DNA from: Podospora anserina
Taxonomy: Eukaryota
DNA length: 64,000 nucleotides
NCBI GenBank assembly: GCA_017654855.1
Contig: CM030332.1
Coordinates: 7,626,001 to 7,690,000, forward strand
Direction: 5' to 3'
A model generated the notes under the pieces. It did not search any database, had not been told where the DNA came from, and saw only the letters and a program-made list of their open reading frames with translations. Position 1 is the stretch's first letter. The number at the start of each line of letters is the position of its first letter. The position numbers were made by a program, and so were the translations under genes. Below, piece by piece: positions 45,485 to 57,230 of this stretch.

Positions 45485-46756
45485 ATGCCACCACCAAACC
45501 GCCCAGAACAACAGCCGCCCACAGCCGGCGCCAATGCCGCGCCCACGGGCTCTTCAGACGGCCACCACGCCGCCGGCGTTGCCAGAAAAGAAGACAACAT
45601 CTACATCCCCTCCTACATCTCCAAACAACCCTTCTACGTCTCCGGCCTCGACGACCAAGATGACTCCCTCCAGCATCAGCGCCGCGCAACAGCCAAAGAC
45701 GACGAAGAAGCCGCCCAGCGCGCCCTCCTCGACTCCAAAGGCCGCAAAGCTGCACCGGCGCGAACCAAGTGGGTCAAAGGCTCCTGCGAAAACTGCGGTG
45801 CCATGGGCCACAAGAAAAAAGACTGTCTCGAAAAACCACGAAAGGTTGGCGCGAAGTTTACGGGGAAGGATATCCAAGCTGATGATCGAAATCTCAAAGA
45901 CGTGAAGCTCGGGTACGAAGCAAAGCGCGATGTCTGGGCTGGGTACGACCCCAAGCAGTACAAGGAGGTGCTAGACGAGTACAACATGATTGAGGAGGCG
46001 CGGAGGAAGCTGGTGGCTGAGACCTCGAATGGCGAGGATAAGAAGTCGTCAGAGGAGGAAAACGGAGGGGAGGATGCATACGAAAAGGGATTCAAGTATG
46101 CGGAAGAGTCTGACTTGGGCAAGGACCGGACGACGAAGAAGTCCATGCGCATAAGGGAGGACACGGCGAAGTACCTCCTCAATTTGGACTCTGACTCCGC
46201 GAAATACAACCCTAAAAAGCGCGCCTTGGTGGATGCCGGTGCGATAGCAGACAAGTCGGCCCAGGTCTTTGCGGAAGAGGCCTTCCTCCGCGCATCTGGC
46301 GAGGCGGCAGAGTTTGAGAAAGCTCAGAGGTATGCGTGGGAAGCGCAGGAATTGAAGGGCGATACTAGCTTGCACTTGCAGGCCAACCCAACTGCTGGTG
46401 CTTTTGCCCGAAAGAAGGAGACCGAGGAAAGGGAAGCTAAGAGGAGGAAGAAGGCGGAATTGCTCGCCAGCCAGTACGGCGAGCAACCAGCTGTTCCAGA
46501 GGCTCTCAAGGCGACCATCACAGAGTCAGAGACCTTTGTGGAGTATGACGAGGCCGGTCTCGTCAAGGGAGTGCCAAGAAAGGTTGGCAGAAGCAAGTAC
46601 CCCGAGGATGTCTTCATCAACAATCACACCTCTGTCTGGGGCAGTTGGTGGTCAGACTTTCGATGGGGTTATGCTTGCTGCCACTCGTTTGTCAAGAACA
46701 GCTACTGCACAGGTGATACAGGAAGACAGATCGCCAACGAGGAATGGGATAAGTAA
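45485..46756 (+). CDS. SLU7: Pre-mRNA splicing factor Slu7, 423 aa
   Basis: NIYIPSYISKQPFY, zinc knuckle CENCGAMGHKKKDC, RIREDTAKYLLNL and NHTSVWGSWW..WGYACCHS. Confidence 0.95.
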   Translation: MPPPNRPEQQPPTAGANAAPTGSSDGHHAAGVARKEDNIYIPSYISKQPFYVSGLDDQDDSLQHQRRATAKDDEEAAQRALLDSKGRKAAPARTKWVKGSCENCGAMGHKKKDCLEKPRKVGAKFTGKDIQADDRNLKDVKLGYEAKRDVWAGYDPKQYKEVLDEYNMIEEARRKLVAETSNGEDKKSSEEENGGEDAYEKGFKYAEESDLGKDRTTKKSMRIREDTAKYLLNLDSDSAKYNPKKRALVDAGAIADKSAQVFAEEAFLRASGEAAEFEKAQRYAWEAQELKGDTSLHLQANPTAGAFARKKETEEREAKRRKKAELLASQYGEQPAVPEALKATITESETFVEYDEAGLVKGVPRKVGRSKYPEDVFINNHTSVWGSWWSDFRWGYACCHSFVKNSYCTGDTGRQIANEEWDK

Positions 46757-47122
46757 ATGTAATATCTGTACTGCAGAAATGTTAATGATACCCCTGTTTT
46801 GGATGGAGCTGGCTGTCTATCAAGGTTCATCTTCACATGCATACCAATCTCAAACTACAGAGCGCAGCTCAAAGCATCAACAATATCACGTCACAGCTAG
46901 ACAAATCAGGTGGATTAAGCGCAGGTTCTTTCAGAAGAGCTGAGGCTCGATTGGTGACTCGCTGCCGAGTTGATGTACGGTAAATCTCGATGCATTGCAC
47001 GCCGACTAACGCCTGTAAAGCAGCATGATGCAGAGGCCCCAAGTTCCTGCCCAGACCAGTTTTCGTAGCCCGTCCCGCAAAGTCCCAATCAAAATCCCTC
47101 TGGTATAAAAGATGCCTCAAAT

Positions 47123-47940
47123 TTACTCCTCGTCCTCCTCGGCGTCGCCATCGCCACCCTCGGCGGCCTTGGCCTTCTTTCTCCGGACACGGCCGGGGCG
47201 GCCACCACCGAAGGGGGAGGTGAGAGCGAAGTCAATGTGCTTCTGGGAGTCGAGACGGACGACGAAAGAAGGAACGTTGACGATCTGCTTGCCGACACGG
47301 ATGTGACGCTGGCGGATAAGGACACGAGCGTGGTGGATGGACTTGGCCAGGCCGAGCTTGTAGACGAGAGTCTGGAGGCGGCGCTCCAAGAAATCCTCAG
47401 CCTTGAGGGCCAGGACGTAATCGAGCTTCATGCGGGACTCATCGAGCACACCGACGCGGACGAGGCGGCGAATGAGGGCATTGCCTTCGAAGAGACGCTT
47501 GGGGTCCTTCTCGTCGAGGGTGAGAAGCTCACTGTAGGGAAACTGTTAGCACTTTTTGGCAAGTTGGAGTGATCAGAGCTGGGGGAAAAGCTTACCGGGC
47601 AGCACGACGAATCTTGGAGAGGGTGAGCAGAACGCGCCACACCTCACGCTTGTTGCGGAGACCGTACTCGCCAACGAGCTTCAACTCGGAGTCCCTGAGA
47701 GTCCGAAGGTTAGTCCAAGATCACAATCGACATAAGCAGAGTCAAGCTCTAGCTCAGTGGCCGGTGATTGAGTTGCAGGCATGATCGGAGCTGGCGACGG
47801 CGAGGTTTCGCAAAATCTCGAGCTGCCAAACAGAGGCCGCAATCGATGAGGGAAAATCGATTCGATCAAACATACAAACGAGCGGCCTCGAAGGGACGGC
47901 GGGGGACCTTAGCGGTCTTGGAGTACGAGCGAGGGGCCAT
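47123..47940 (-). CDS. RPS9: 40S ribosomal protein S9 (uS4), 190 aa. Exons 47940..47876, 47694..47596, 47531..47123
   Basis: [74 protein letters not shown]. Confidence 0.97.
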
Positions 47941-48252
47941 CTTTGTCGTTGAGGCTGTCAAAGGTCGATCGGTCGAGGGAAATTTCCAAACTCCAGACCC
48001 TTCCCTTGGAGTTGATAGAAAATTGAATGCCAGCCCGGAGGGGTGGGTTTGTGGTTGGCCCGTGCGTGTGGGTCCACCAGCGTGCCCTAACAATAGCTGG
48101 TTGGTTGGGAGCAGCCCGCAGTCTGCTTAGTCACCCGTGTGCAAATCCCGACCTCAGATTTGCGTTCACACAAAATTCCCAAATTCGCCAGCCAGCGACA
48201 ACACCATCTCGACAGATCTCGACCCACGACGACAACCCCATAATCAATCAAA

Positions 48253-48959
48253 ATGGGTCACCCTGCTGGTCTCCGTGCTGGTACGAGATACGCCTTCTCC
48301 CGGAACTTCCGGGAGAAGGGTATGATCAGACTGTCGACATACCTTAAGCAGTACAAGTATGTTGGAGGACCGATTTTGCGACCCTTGGGACTTTGGTGCT
48401 AACGGATTGCAGGGTTGGCGATATCGTCGACATCAAGGTCAACGGTGCCGTCCAGAAGGGGTAAGCGAACATCCCGATTTTCCTATCCACGATTTCCGAT
48501 TGCGCAGGGGAGCACGAGGCGGGGAAACTACATCGCCAATTTTCAAAGTTTCGGGGGGAAGATGGCAGCGTGATGGACACATCAGACGAGGCTGTGTGCA
48601 GAATTAGGGACTGACTTTGCGCAAACAGTATGGCCCACAAGGTCTACCACGGCAAGACTGGCGTCATCTACAACGTCACCAAGTCCGCCGTCGGCATCAT
48701 CATCTACAAGAAGGTCAAGCACCGCTACATCGAGAAGCGCCTCAACGTCCGTATCGAGCACATCCAGCCCTCCCGCTCCCGCGAGGGTTTCCTTCGCCGC
48801 GTGAAGGAGAACGCCGAGCTCAAGAAGAAGGCCAAGGCCGAGGGCAAGCCCGTTCAGCTCAAGAGACAACCCGCCCTTCCCCGCGAGGCGCGGACCATCT
48901 CCATCAAGGAGAACAAGCCCGAGACTGTCGCCCCTATCGCCTACGAGACCACGATCTAA
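48253..48959 (+). CDS. RPL21: 60S ribosomal protein L21 (eL21), 160 aa. Exons 48253..48356, 48413..48460, 48629..48959
   Basis: MGHPAGLRAGTRYAFSRNFR..YK|VGDIVDIKVNGAVQKG|MAHKVYHGKTGVIYNVTKSAVG. Divergent from RPS9. Confidence 0.97.
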
Positions 48960-49331
48960 GGTGTTGCTGGAAGGCGGATGAGGTGGTGTTCTTTATGGGT
49001 TGCTTATTTCTCACTGCATGGGGTTCATTGCGTACGGCACGGAAAGATGCCCGGCATGGATTTGGTCTGGGATGCGGGAGTGCTGATAGGAAACAAAATA
49101 CCAATGGCATGACCAACAAAGAGCGACTCGAAACGCACTGTTCATCCGGCGTGGCTTGCTTGTGAAGACCAGATCTGGACCGGCGAGTCCAACCTCCGCG
49201 ATGCTGGTCACTCGCTGAAATGCAGACGCCCGAGGCTCGCTCTAGCCCAAGGGATTACGGCACACACGTGGCAAGAAATAGAGCAAATCCAACAAGAACA
49301 TCCACTCATCAATGTGACAAGCTCCCTCCAG

Positions 49332-49987
49332 TCATGATAGCTTTTTCTGTCTTATGCTCCATTGCAGTTTATCCCTGCGAACTGTGAAATGGTCTGCTTC
49401 CTGTAAAAGCATGAGATAGGCAAGGAACACATAATTTGTCCCTCATGTCGTATTCTGAGTATTATACACACCTGAAATATCTAAGTAGTCAGACAGAAGA
49501 ATTGGCCAACGTGGTTCATTGACATACATCAATCAAGTACACACGACAAGGTTCCTTGTATTCCTCTGGGCCAAGCAATCCTGTGTCACCATGAAAAAGG
49601 TGAAACCTATTCGGAGCTAACAAAATGTCTCCGAAAGCTGCTCCATGTATTTCGAGGGCCTTTTTGAGCCCCTGCCCATTTTCTCTATATGAGTTATAGC
49701 TCTCTGAGGGCATATCAGTCCGTCAGCTGAAGCAAGAGAATAAGGGTGGGCAACACCAGCAAGAACCGTCTGCTTCTCGAATAGCTCATGATATGTGGTC
49801 ACATAGTCACTCGCCGTCAAGACAATGGGGCGGAATTCCGGAGACGTTGGCCTTGTCAGAGGGCCTTCTTGTGATGTGAGAGAGGGGTGGGTTTGAAGAC
49901 TCCGAGATGAACTGTGTAACATGGACTTGAGGATGGCGACGCTCAGTCCAATGCCAACACAGAAACGCGTCTTTTTGAGAGGTATTC
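49332..49987 (-). other. Candidate multi-exon orphan gene or gene relic
   Basis: Intron-like segments 49756..49704 and 49527..49481 (GTATGT..CTGAC..TAG) join short ORFs into one frame. No recognisable homology. Confidence 0.35.
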
Positions 49988-50564
49988 CTGGGCACTCTTT
50001 CCCTTAGCGGAATATATTTTGGGAGAAGGATTAAAGACAGTGAATTATATGGGAAGTTTGGAAAAGCTGTTGAGCTTCAATTCAAGAGCCCAAGGAACAT
50101 GGACCGTGAAGGTAAGTGGGGTCTTGGAGTGGACTGGCACGCTAGTTCAGCTGGCCAATGGTGTCCGGGCGTGGGGCAACAAGGCTGGGAGTGGCTGACC
50201 ACCTGACGCAATGAGCCGCTGAGCTTGCCCACCACAGCTGCCCGTTCCCACTGTGTCGGTTTGCCAGGCTGGCCGTCATCAATGGACGTTCGTGGTTGGT
50301 CCGTCCGAAGCAACTGACAGGACAACCTGGAACATTTCGCCCTCAAACAGCCGCGCCTCCGAAAGGCAAAGCAAAAGCCAGACAAGCTCCAAACCAGTCA
50401 CAAGGCTCTCGCGAGGATCGATGCGCTCACCAGACACTCTCGGTTCAAGCAGGTAGCAGGGCTGTCTGCTCTCGCAAACGCTTCTGCACTTCAAGATCAT
50501 CACCCCTCTCCTCCCGGTCCCGCCGGAAGTCTCTCGATAACATAGTTGCCAACACTCGGTTACT

Positions 50565-53500
50565 ATGGGCTGGACGGCCTTCTGGCTGGCCTACCTTCTC
50601 GGAGGCATTACCTTTCTGCCTTTGGTCGCCGCCATCCTCTTCGCCCACGCCTACCTGACACTGCCCTACCACGAAGATGCCGATAACGCCTTTCCAAACG
50701 CGGACGATCTGGTCCAGCCAGGGGATGATGTAGATGCACTCAAAGCGGCGCAGAAGGACAAGGAGGAAGCCAAATCACGAACAATTCACCATGACACCGA
50801 TGTGGCTGCCGGTTACTTTGCCGTCTGTCGTGAATACACGCCAATGGGAATCAATGCAAAGCCGATAGAGAGATCAACACCGGTGGGATCAGCTACGGTG
50901 GCTGCTCCAAGTCCAAGCGTCTACCAAACCATGTATCGCAGCATATTTGACCGGAAAGGCACATCGAGCCCGCTGGACAACAAGAACGGCGCCAGTCATC
51001 GACCAAAAAAAGCTGGGAATGTTTTCTATGTTGTACTAAGGTCCGTTCGTCGTACACCCCACCTGCCAGCATGCGTTTCAAAAGGCCCTGTCTAACCTAT
51101 CTTCCAGACACGGCCACCTCATGCTTTTTGACGATGATGAACAACTCGAAGTGCGCCATGTAGTATCCTTGGCCCACCATGACATTAGCATATATTCGGG
51201 CGAGGAGGTCACGCCGGAAGGCGAGCTATGGATCAAACGCAATGCGATTTGCCTCTCGCGCCGTGCAGATGGGCCAGAGTTGGGCCCAGATAGCCAGGTG
51301 TCCAAGCCCTTCTACTTGTTCTCAGAGAACTGCTCTGCTAAGGAAGATTTCTACTTTGCCCTCCTGAGAAACCAGGAGCTTTCCTTTCCCACCGAGCACA
51401 GAGCGCCGACTCCGATCCAGTTTGAAGTTAAGAACATCATATCGCTGGTCCAGAAACTGCATTCGTCCGAAGAACACATGCAAACAAGGTGGCTCAATGC
51501 CATGATCGGGAGGATATTTCTCGGCATCTATAAGACCAAGGACATTGAAAATCTCATAAGGGAGAAGCTTACGAAGAAGATATCCCGGGTCAAGCGGCCG
51601 GCTTTCTTATCCAACATTGAAATCAAGGCTATTGATACCGGCGACTCGGCACCATACATTACCAACCCTCGCCTCAAAGACCTCACCGTTGAAGGAGAGT
51701 GCGGTGTTGAGGCAGATATGCGCTACACCGGCAATTTCCGGCTCGAGGTTGCTGCAACTGCCCGCATCGACTTGGGTGCTCGTTTCAAGGCACGAGAGGT
51801 CAACATGGTTCTCGCGGTTGTTGTTCGAAAGTTGGAAGGACATATTCACCTGAAAATCAAGCCCCCACCGAGCAATCGGTTGTGGTTTTCTTTCCAGCAG
51901 GCACCGAAGATGGAGATGACCATCGAGCCTATCGTCAGCTCCCGCCAAATCACGTACAATGTTATTCTTCGTCAGATCGAGAGTCGTATCAAAGAGGTCA
52001 TTGCCGAAACGCTGGTTTTGCCTTTCTGGGATGACACCCCGTTTTTCAACACCGAACACAAGAAGTGGAGAGGCGGTATATTCCATGACGACAGAATTAA
52101 GTCAACGATGGATCTTGAGACCGCGGCGGCTCAGGACGGGGAACTGGATGAAGTTGACCGTTTGGAGGAAACTCAAGGGGCCCCGGAAACCGAGTTGCCA
52201 CAGATGGAGAAGAGCCATAGCGTGCCAGTGCTCGAAAAGAAGACATCTATTGGCCTTTTTGGAAGGAAAATGAAGAGCAAGACTGATCTGAGAGGATCAG
52301 CTGGGGGCTCTACCTCAAGTTTGGATCTGAAGGCCGACCCCAGAACTTCCGTGGCCAGCTTTGAGTCAAACAGGTCAGATGCAAAGTCATCTTCACTAAG
52401 CCTAGACTCTCGAAGGGAGGTCAAGAGTGATCTTTCTTCCTCGCAACCTCCTGTGCTCTCAGTACCCTTCGCCCAACCAGCAACACCCACTGTCGGAACT
52501 GACCCCATCAACGCTGATCTCTTCAAGCCCTCGTCATCTCCGCCTAATGGAAGCCCGGCCATATCGGCAATGGCGAACCTTTCTGCTCAAGCGCAACCTC
52601 CATCACCAGCCCTGACGCCAGTCACGAATGCTCATACTACATCGAGCTCGTCAGTTTCTTCGAGAGATGCCACAGACACCGAAAAGGATCTGGACAAAAC
52701 ACCCCAAGGTCGACGCAATACAGCATCCTCGTCCGGCAGCCATGATGATGGTAGAGCTAGATCAAGGTCGCCTTCCGCTTCCATCAAAGGATCGGTGAAG
52801 AGCCAGACGGGATCCATCGCCCGGGGCTTCTTCAACCGCCGTGACACTGGGTCTTCGGCTTCCGACACGGCCAGTCTCGCCGATACAAAGAAAGGGACCG
52901 CGCTGGCTGCGGTTACAAATGCCGCAGCATCTGCCAAAAGATGGGGACTGAATGCCTTTCAGAGACGTCTCACTGATGCAGGTTCTGCCACAGACGGTGC
53001 ACCACCACACCTAGACCTCAACCAGCCGATGGGTCGTGGCCAACCCTTACCTCCCCCGGGAACGCCTCTCCCAATGCCCGACAAGAGTATTCCTGTTTCG
53101 CCTATTCCAGTACCAAAAAAGAAGCCGATTCCTCCACCTTCAATTTCATCACAATCTGAAGACTCCTCGAGCCACAAGGTCGAGCGCCGCCCAGTTCCAC
53201 CACCATCGCTTCCCAAGCGGCGGCAGTATCAGAGCGACTCGGTGGTGGACGACGGACACAACATGTTGGTTGTAGCCGCCCCCGCCGACTCCGAACCCAC
53301 TACGCCGCTCAGTGGCTCACATAGTCCGTCATGGATCGAAGACGGCAAAGCTATTGGCGACAGCTCGGCCAAGTCATCCAGCGATATGCCAGTCATCAAA
53401 CTCAACGGCGAAAATTCTGGGTCGTCTCCTGAAGCTGCACCTATAGACAAAACCCAACCCAGGCGCGAAGGCAGAAAGGGCGGTGGCTCCACCAAGCTGG

Positions 53501-53595
53501 TGGTGGATGATGACGATGATGACTACTCCGCATGGATGGAGGATCCGTTACCAGACGATGATCTTGACTCCGCAGTCGAGCCATCAACAGCATAA
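50565..53595 (+). CDS. NVJ2: TM + PH + SMP lipid-transfer protein (Nvj2/TEX2 family), 987 aa. Exons 50565..51040 and 51108..53595
   Basis: N-terminal TM segment AYLLGGITFLPL; PH region FYVVLR|HGHLMLFDD..ELWIKRNAI..KEDFYFAL; SMP domain TRWLNAMIGRIF..KPPPSNRLWFSF..ETLVLPFWDD. Intron 51041..51107. Confidence 0.9.
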
Positions 53596-53823
53596 GTGAG
53601 AATATTGGTTTTCATAATAGGGTTTAGGGTTTCATTCTTCTCTTGTTCTTTTGTTCCTTGCGAAGGCGCAATAGCAGGCGTTTGCATGCTCTGCAGGATT
53701 GGCTGGATACATGCGGATATACCATTATGCCGGGTAGACACAGGGTGATTCGCTGTCACATTGGGAATGGTGTACGGCGTTCTTGATTTTTCTTTGGGTC
53801 AAACATGTGAATTCACAACAGGA

Positions 53824-55690
53824 ATGAAATACATCATCTTTCAACAGTTGTGTGTCCTGAGTGCTAGGACCAGGTATGTCCCCTTCCGCATCACGCAATC
53901 TTCCCTCAATCTCGACGTGCGTCTTGACTTGCAGTATGATGGGGACGGGAGGCTATGGTAATATCCTTGTACTGGAGTTTTGGGTTTGCTCTACCCGGTC
54001 ACTGGGATCGATGTTATTTGTCTTGATCTATGGCATGCATGCTGTGGCAGACGGTCAAGATTGTTGTGGAGTCGATCGAACAAGATTTGCTACGGAAACT
54101 GACGAACATCTTCTTTGTACACGCCTTGCTCTATCCTCGACTAACAGTCTATAGGGCATTTACCACGCTCAAGCGAGCTACGGATACTCTCCTGGAAAGA
54201 AGACGATGGAGGCACTTATTTGATCAGACAACTCCGCACCGTGGTCGTCAAGGGACACCCACAGCAGAAGCACAATGTCGCAACTGCACTATGATCGAAT
54301 ACTCAGCTTTGGCAAGTTGCCCACGGCCTAGCATCGAGCTGCTCCTCGATCTGCATTTCGTTCTGACCAGTACCAGTTCGTGCCAAAGTCTTTTGTGTGC
54401 TCGGGTTTCTACGCAAACGACACTCGCGTGTGTGTTCTCAGCAACTGGTTACGAGTTGCCATATCAGTTTGCTGGGCGGATATAGCACGGAAGAGCAGAC
54501 GGGACAAGGGCCCGGCACCGATATTTGCTCTTATTTATTTCCGCCCCTTTTACCCCTGACAATCACCATGATCAGCTCTTGCTTCCGCATAGACTATTTT
54601 TGTCGGCGTTCCTCGGCTCGACTTATGCTCTCGTTTTTCAAGATTGATAAAGTGGTTTTCGAGACCCACTCACACATCAAACGGTCGCGCATGAGTTCAG
54701 CATATAAACCCTCTCGGCCTTGGCCAACAAGATCGAGAGGGTCCCCACAGCTCAGGCTAAAAAGGAGGCTCAAGGCTGATATCATATAACTCACACAGCA
54801 CAATCATGCCGCTCTATCCTGATTTTTCCTATTCACTGCCAACTGTACCCACATAAACAAGGATCGACAGCCTGGGTGATTGAACATATTGCGATGTGGG
54901 TCGACTGCACATCGACAGACTCAGCACATCGCTTTACAGGCATACCCGAGCAAGCGCGTCTGTCACGAGGGAGGGATTTATATGAGCCAAGGAGAGACCT
55001 CGATTTCTTTTGGGCATCACATAGCGTGCGTCTAGAGGGACTGAGAAAGTAGACGAACTGGGACAGTGACGCTGAATGCTTCATCGGGAAGGACACAGAA
55101 GGTGTGAAGCTTTCCATTTGGATGGATATAGGCGCCCCCCTGGTTATCAGTCGATACCCGACCTTTACATCACGACACTTCTACGGGGTCATATACCTAC
55201 GATACATCTCCACAGCCCGGTAGCTCGCACATTCAACCCGAGACCCGAGATGACCACCGCCAAACCCCGCAATCCCATGATCGACCCGTCCTGCATCAAC
55301 TGGCGAACAAGCTATCACAGCTCGCCCAGGATTCCGGATTCTAGCGTCCGGTTCGAAATGGGTGGCGTATGCAAAGTTGTCTCGCCCAGAAGAACCATTC
55401 TGTGGACAGTTGGGCTCCGTCAACCTCGCTACTACTTCGTTAGATGGTGAAAATCAGGAGACGATGCTTACTTGGGAACACGAAAGGAGACAATATGCCT
55501 TGACCCGACGGCAGTATACAGAAGGTTTGGTTCCGCCATATCAAGTGCCCCTCCCTGTAAGTATACAGACATGTTCAGGCTGCTTTTATTTTCCGATCAT
55601 ATGGATAACTCCCCAGCGGCCCGACAAAAGCAGGGGCAGAAGCTCCCACAGTCATGCTTAACGATACAGCTCATCTTCCTCTCGGGTTAA
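53824..55690 (+). pseudogene. Possible degenerate multi-intron gene of unknown family
   Basis: Same-strand intron signals at 53874..53934, 54117..54154, 54312..54376 (GC-AG) and 55557..55669. Protein-like frames are broken by stops and frameshifts. Confidence 0.35.
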
Positions 55691-55973
55691 GTCTGTTCCC
55701 ATAACACGGTGCCAAACAAAGAGCCTCCTCCATCCTGGGTAGCATCGAAGGAAGGCTGCAATAACATGTGTTTTAGTTCATCCGGTGGTGCTATACAGTA
55801 GGTATGATTCCGGAGAAAAAGGACTTGATATTGCCAACAGGTTTGTCGTCATCCCCCACACGGTATCCAAAGATAGAAACCAGTTACTTCGTAGTCCGGG
55901 GTACATACATTCCGCTTGGAAGGAGATAAATAGAAGAACCTCTGGGCTTTACCAACGCCACCAAAGCTCTCTT

Positions 55974-56046
55974 TCATCATCATCATTATCATCATCACCA
56001 TCATCATCATCATCATCATCATCATCATTCTTGCTACCGTCATCAT
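55974..56046 (+). repeat. (TCA)n trinucleotide microsatellite immediately upstream of the ATG at 56045
   Basis: Imperfect TCA run read directly. Confidence 0.9.
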
Positions 56047-56680
56047 GAAGTTCACCACCGCCATCCTAGGCCTGGCCAGCCTCGTCAGTCTGGCGGCAGC
56101 TCAAGCTCCTGTCGCCTGCCCAACCGCAACCAAAACTATTCAGAACCAGGAGTGCAACAAACGATGCCCTCTTTCCGACTGCGCTTTCTACTCCACTATC
56201 CGTCAGCCCTGCAACTGCCCGGCTGCAATCCCGACAGCCACTCTCATCGCCCCTTGCGCGGCCGACTGCCCGTATCAAGGCTGTGATATCATCTTCCGCA
56301 CCAGCAGCCTCGCCTGCCCTACCCCTACTTCCACTCGCCGTGTCACCACCACCAGCACCCGGCGGACAACTTCTACCACCCCCACGAGGACCTCCGTCCC
56401 CATTCAGACCACCAGGGTCATCACCAGCGTTGTCACCCTTCCTCCCCGGATCACCACCACCAGCACCACGTCCACGATCCCCTGCCCGACTGTCACCAGG
56501 ATCACCACGCCGGGCGACTGCCCTGTTATCCGATGCCCTGTGCCGACCTGCCAGGTCAGAACCACGCAGGTGGTGCCTTGCAACTGCCAGCCGAGGACTG
56601 TGCTTTGGGTTCAGGGATGCCCAACCGCTTGTGCTGATGGGTGCTTGACGAGGACGGAGACGGCGAGCATTGCTTGCTGA
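56045..56680 (+). CDS. Small secreted cysteine-rich protein with two 10-Cys modules and a Thr-rich linker, 211 aa
   Basis: Signal peptide MKFTTAILGLASLVSLAAA, C-ending codon bias and a duplicated Cys spacing pattern. Confidence 0.88.
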   Translation: MKFTTAILGLASLVSLAAAQAPVACPTATKTIQNQECNKRCPLSDCAFYSTIRQPCNCPAAIPTATLIAPCAADCPYQGCDIIFRTSSLACPTPTSTRRVTTTSTRRTTSTTPTRTSVPIQTTRVITSVVTLPPRITTTSTTSTIPCPTVTRITTPGDCPVIRCPVPTCQVRTTQVVPCNCQPRTVLWVQGCPTACADGCLTRTETASIAC

Positions 56681-57216
56681 TCCTACCTTTTTCTTGTGTG
56701 CCTGGTTCTTCCTTCGTTTTCATCTTCATGTTCCTATTGTCAAAACTGGGGGTTAGTCTCTTGGGTGGTGTTGGTCTCACAATTATGATGTAAATAAATA
56801 CTTCAGCTTGTTCAACCGATCTTCAGGAGCTCAATACATGAATAAACAACTTTCTTCACATTGATCCCTGCCACTTGCAAACGCCCAGCTCCCCCAACCC
56901 TCCCAAAGATCGAGACCAGAACAATTTCACTCCACATCACCATAGCGCAAACCGCCGAAGACTCAACCAACGTTCTCGATCCGCTTCAGAACGAGTGGAG
57001 TAAACACTCAAACACCTTCCCGGGGAAGCTCAATGATCCGCGACGATAAGAGCAATGCGGGGGCCGCCAAGCCCAGAGGTCCCTGAAGCACAAGCCAGCT
57101 TTGGAGCTCCTGATTGGTGAATGCCCTCGACAGCTGTCCTGTGACATCATTCTGCAACGGCTATTCGTTGGCGACAGTTGACACGCCGGCGCCGCAAGGG
57201 GAAACAAAAGACATTA

Positions 57217-57230
57217 TCGGAGTCAGCCGA
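57217..57230. promoter_or_regulatory. UaY/PCO-1-type Zn2Cys6 site TCGG-N6-CCGA with overlapping and adjacent GATA sites, upstream of ISN1
   Basis: TCGGAGTCAGCCGA about 280 nt upstream of the ISN1 ATG. TTATC at 57214 and 57266, GATA at 57244, GATAA at 57045. Confidence 0.65.
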
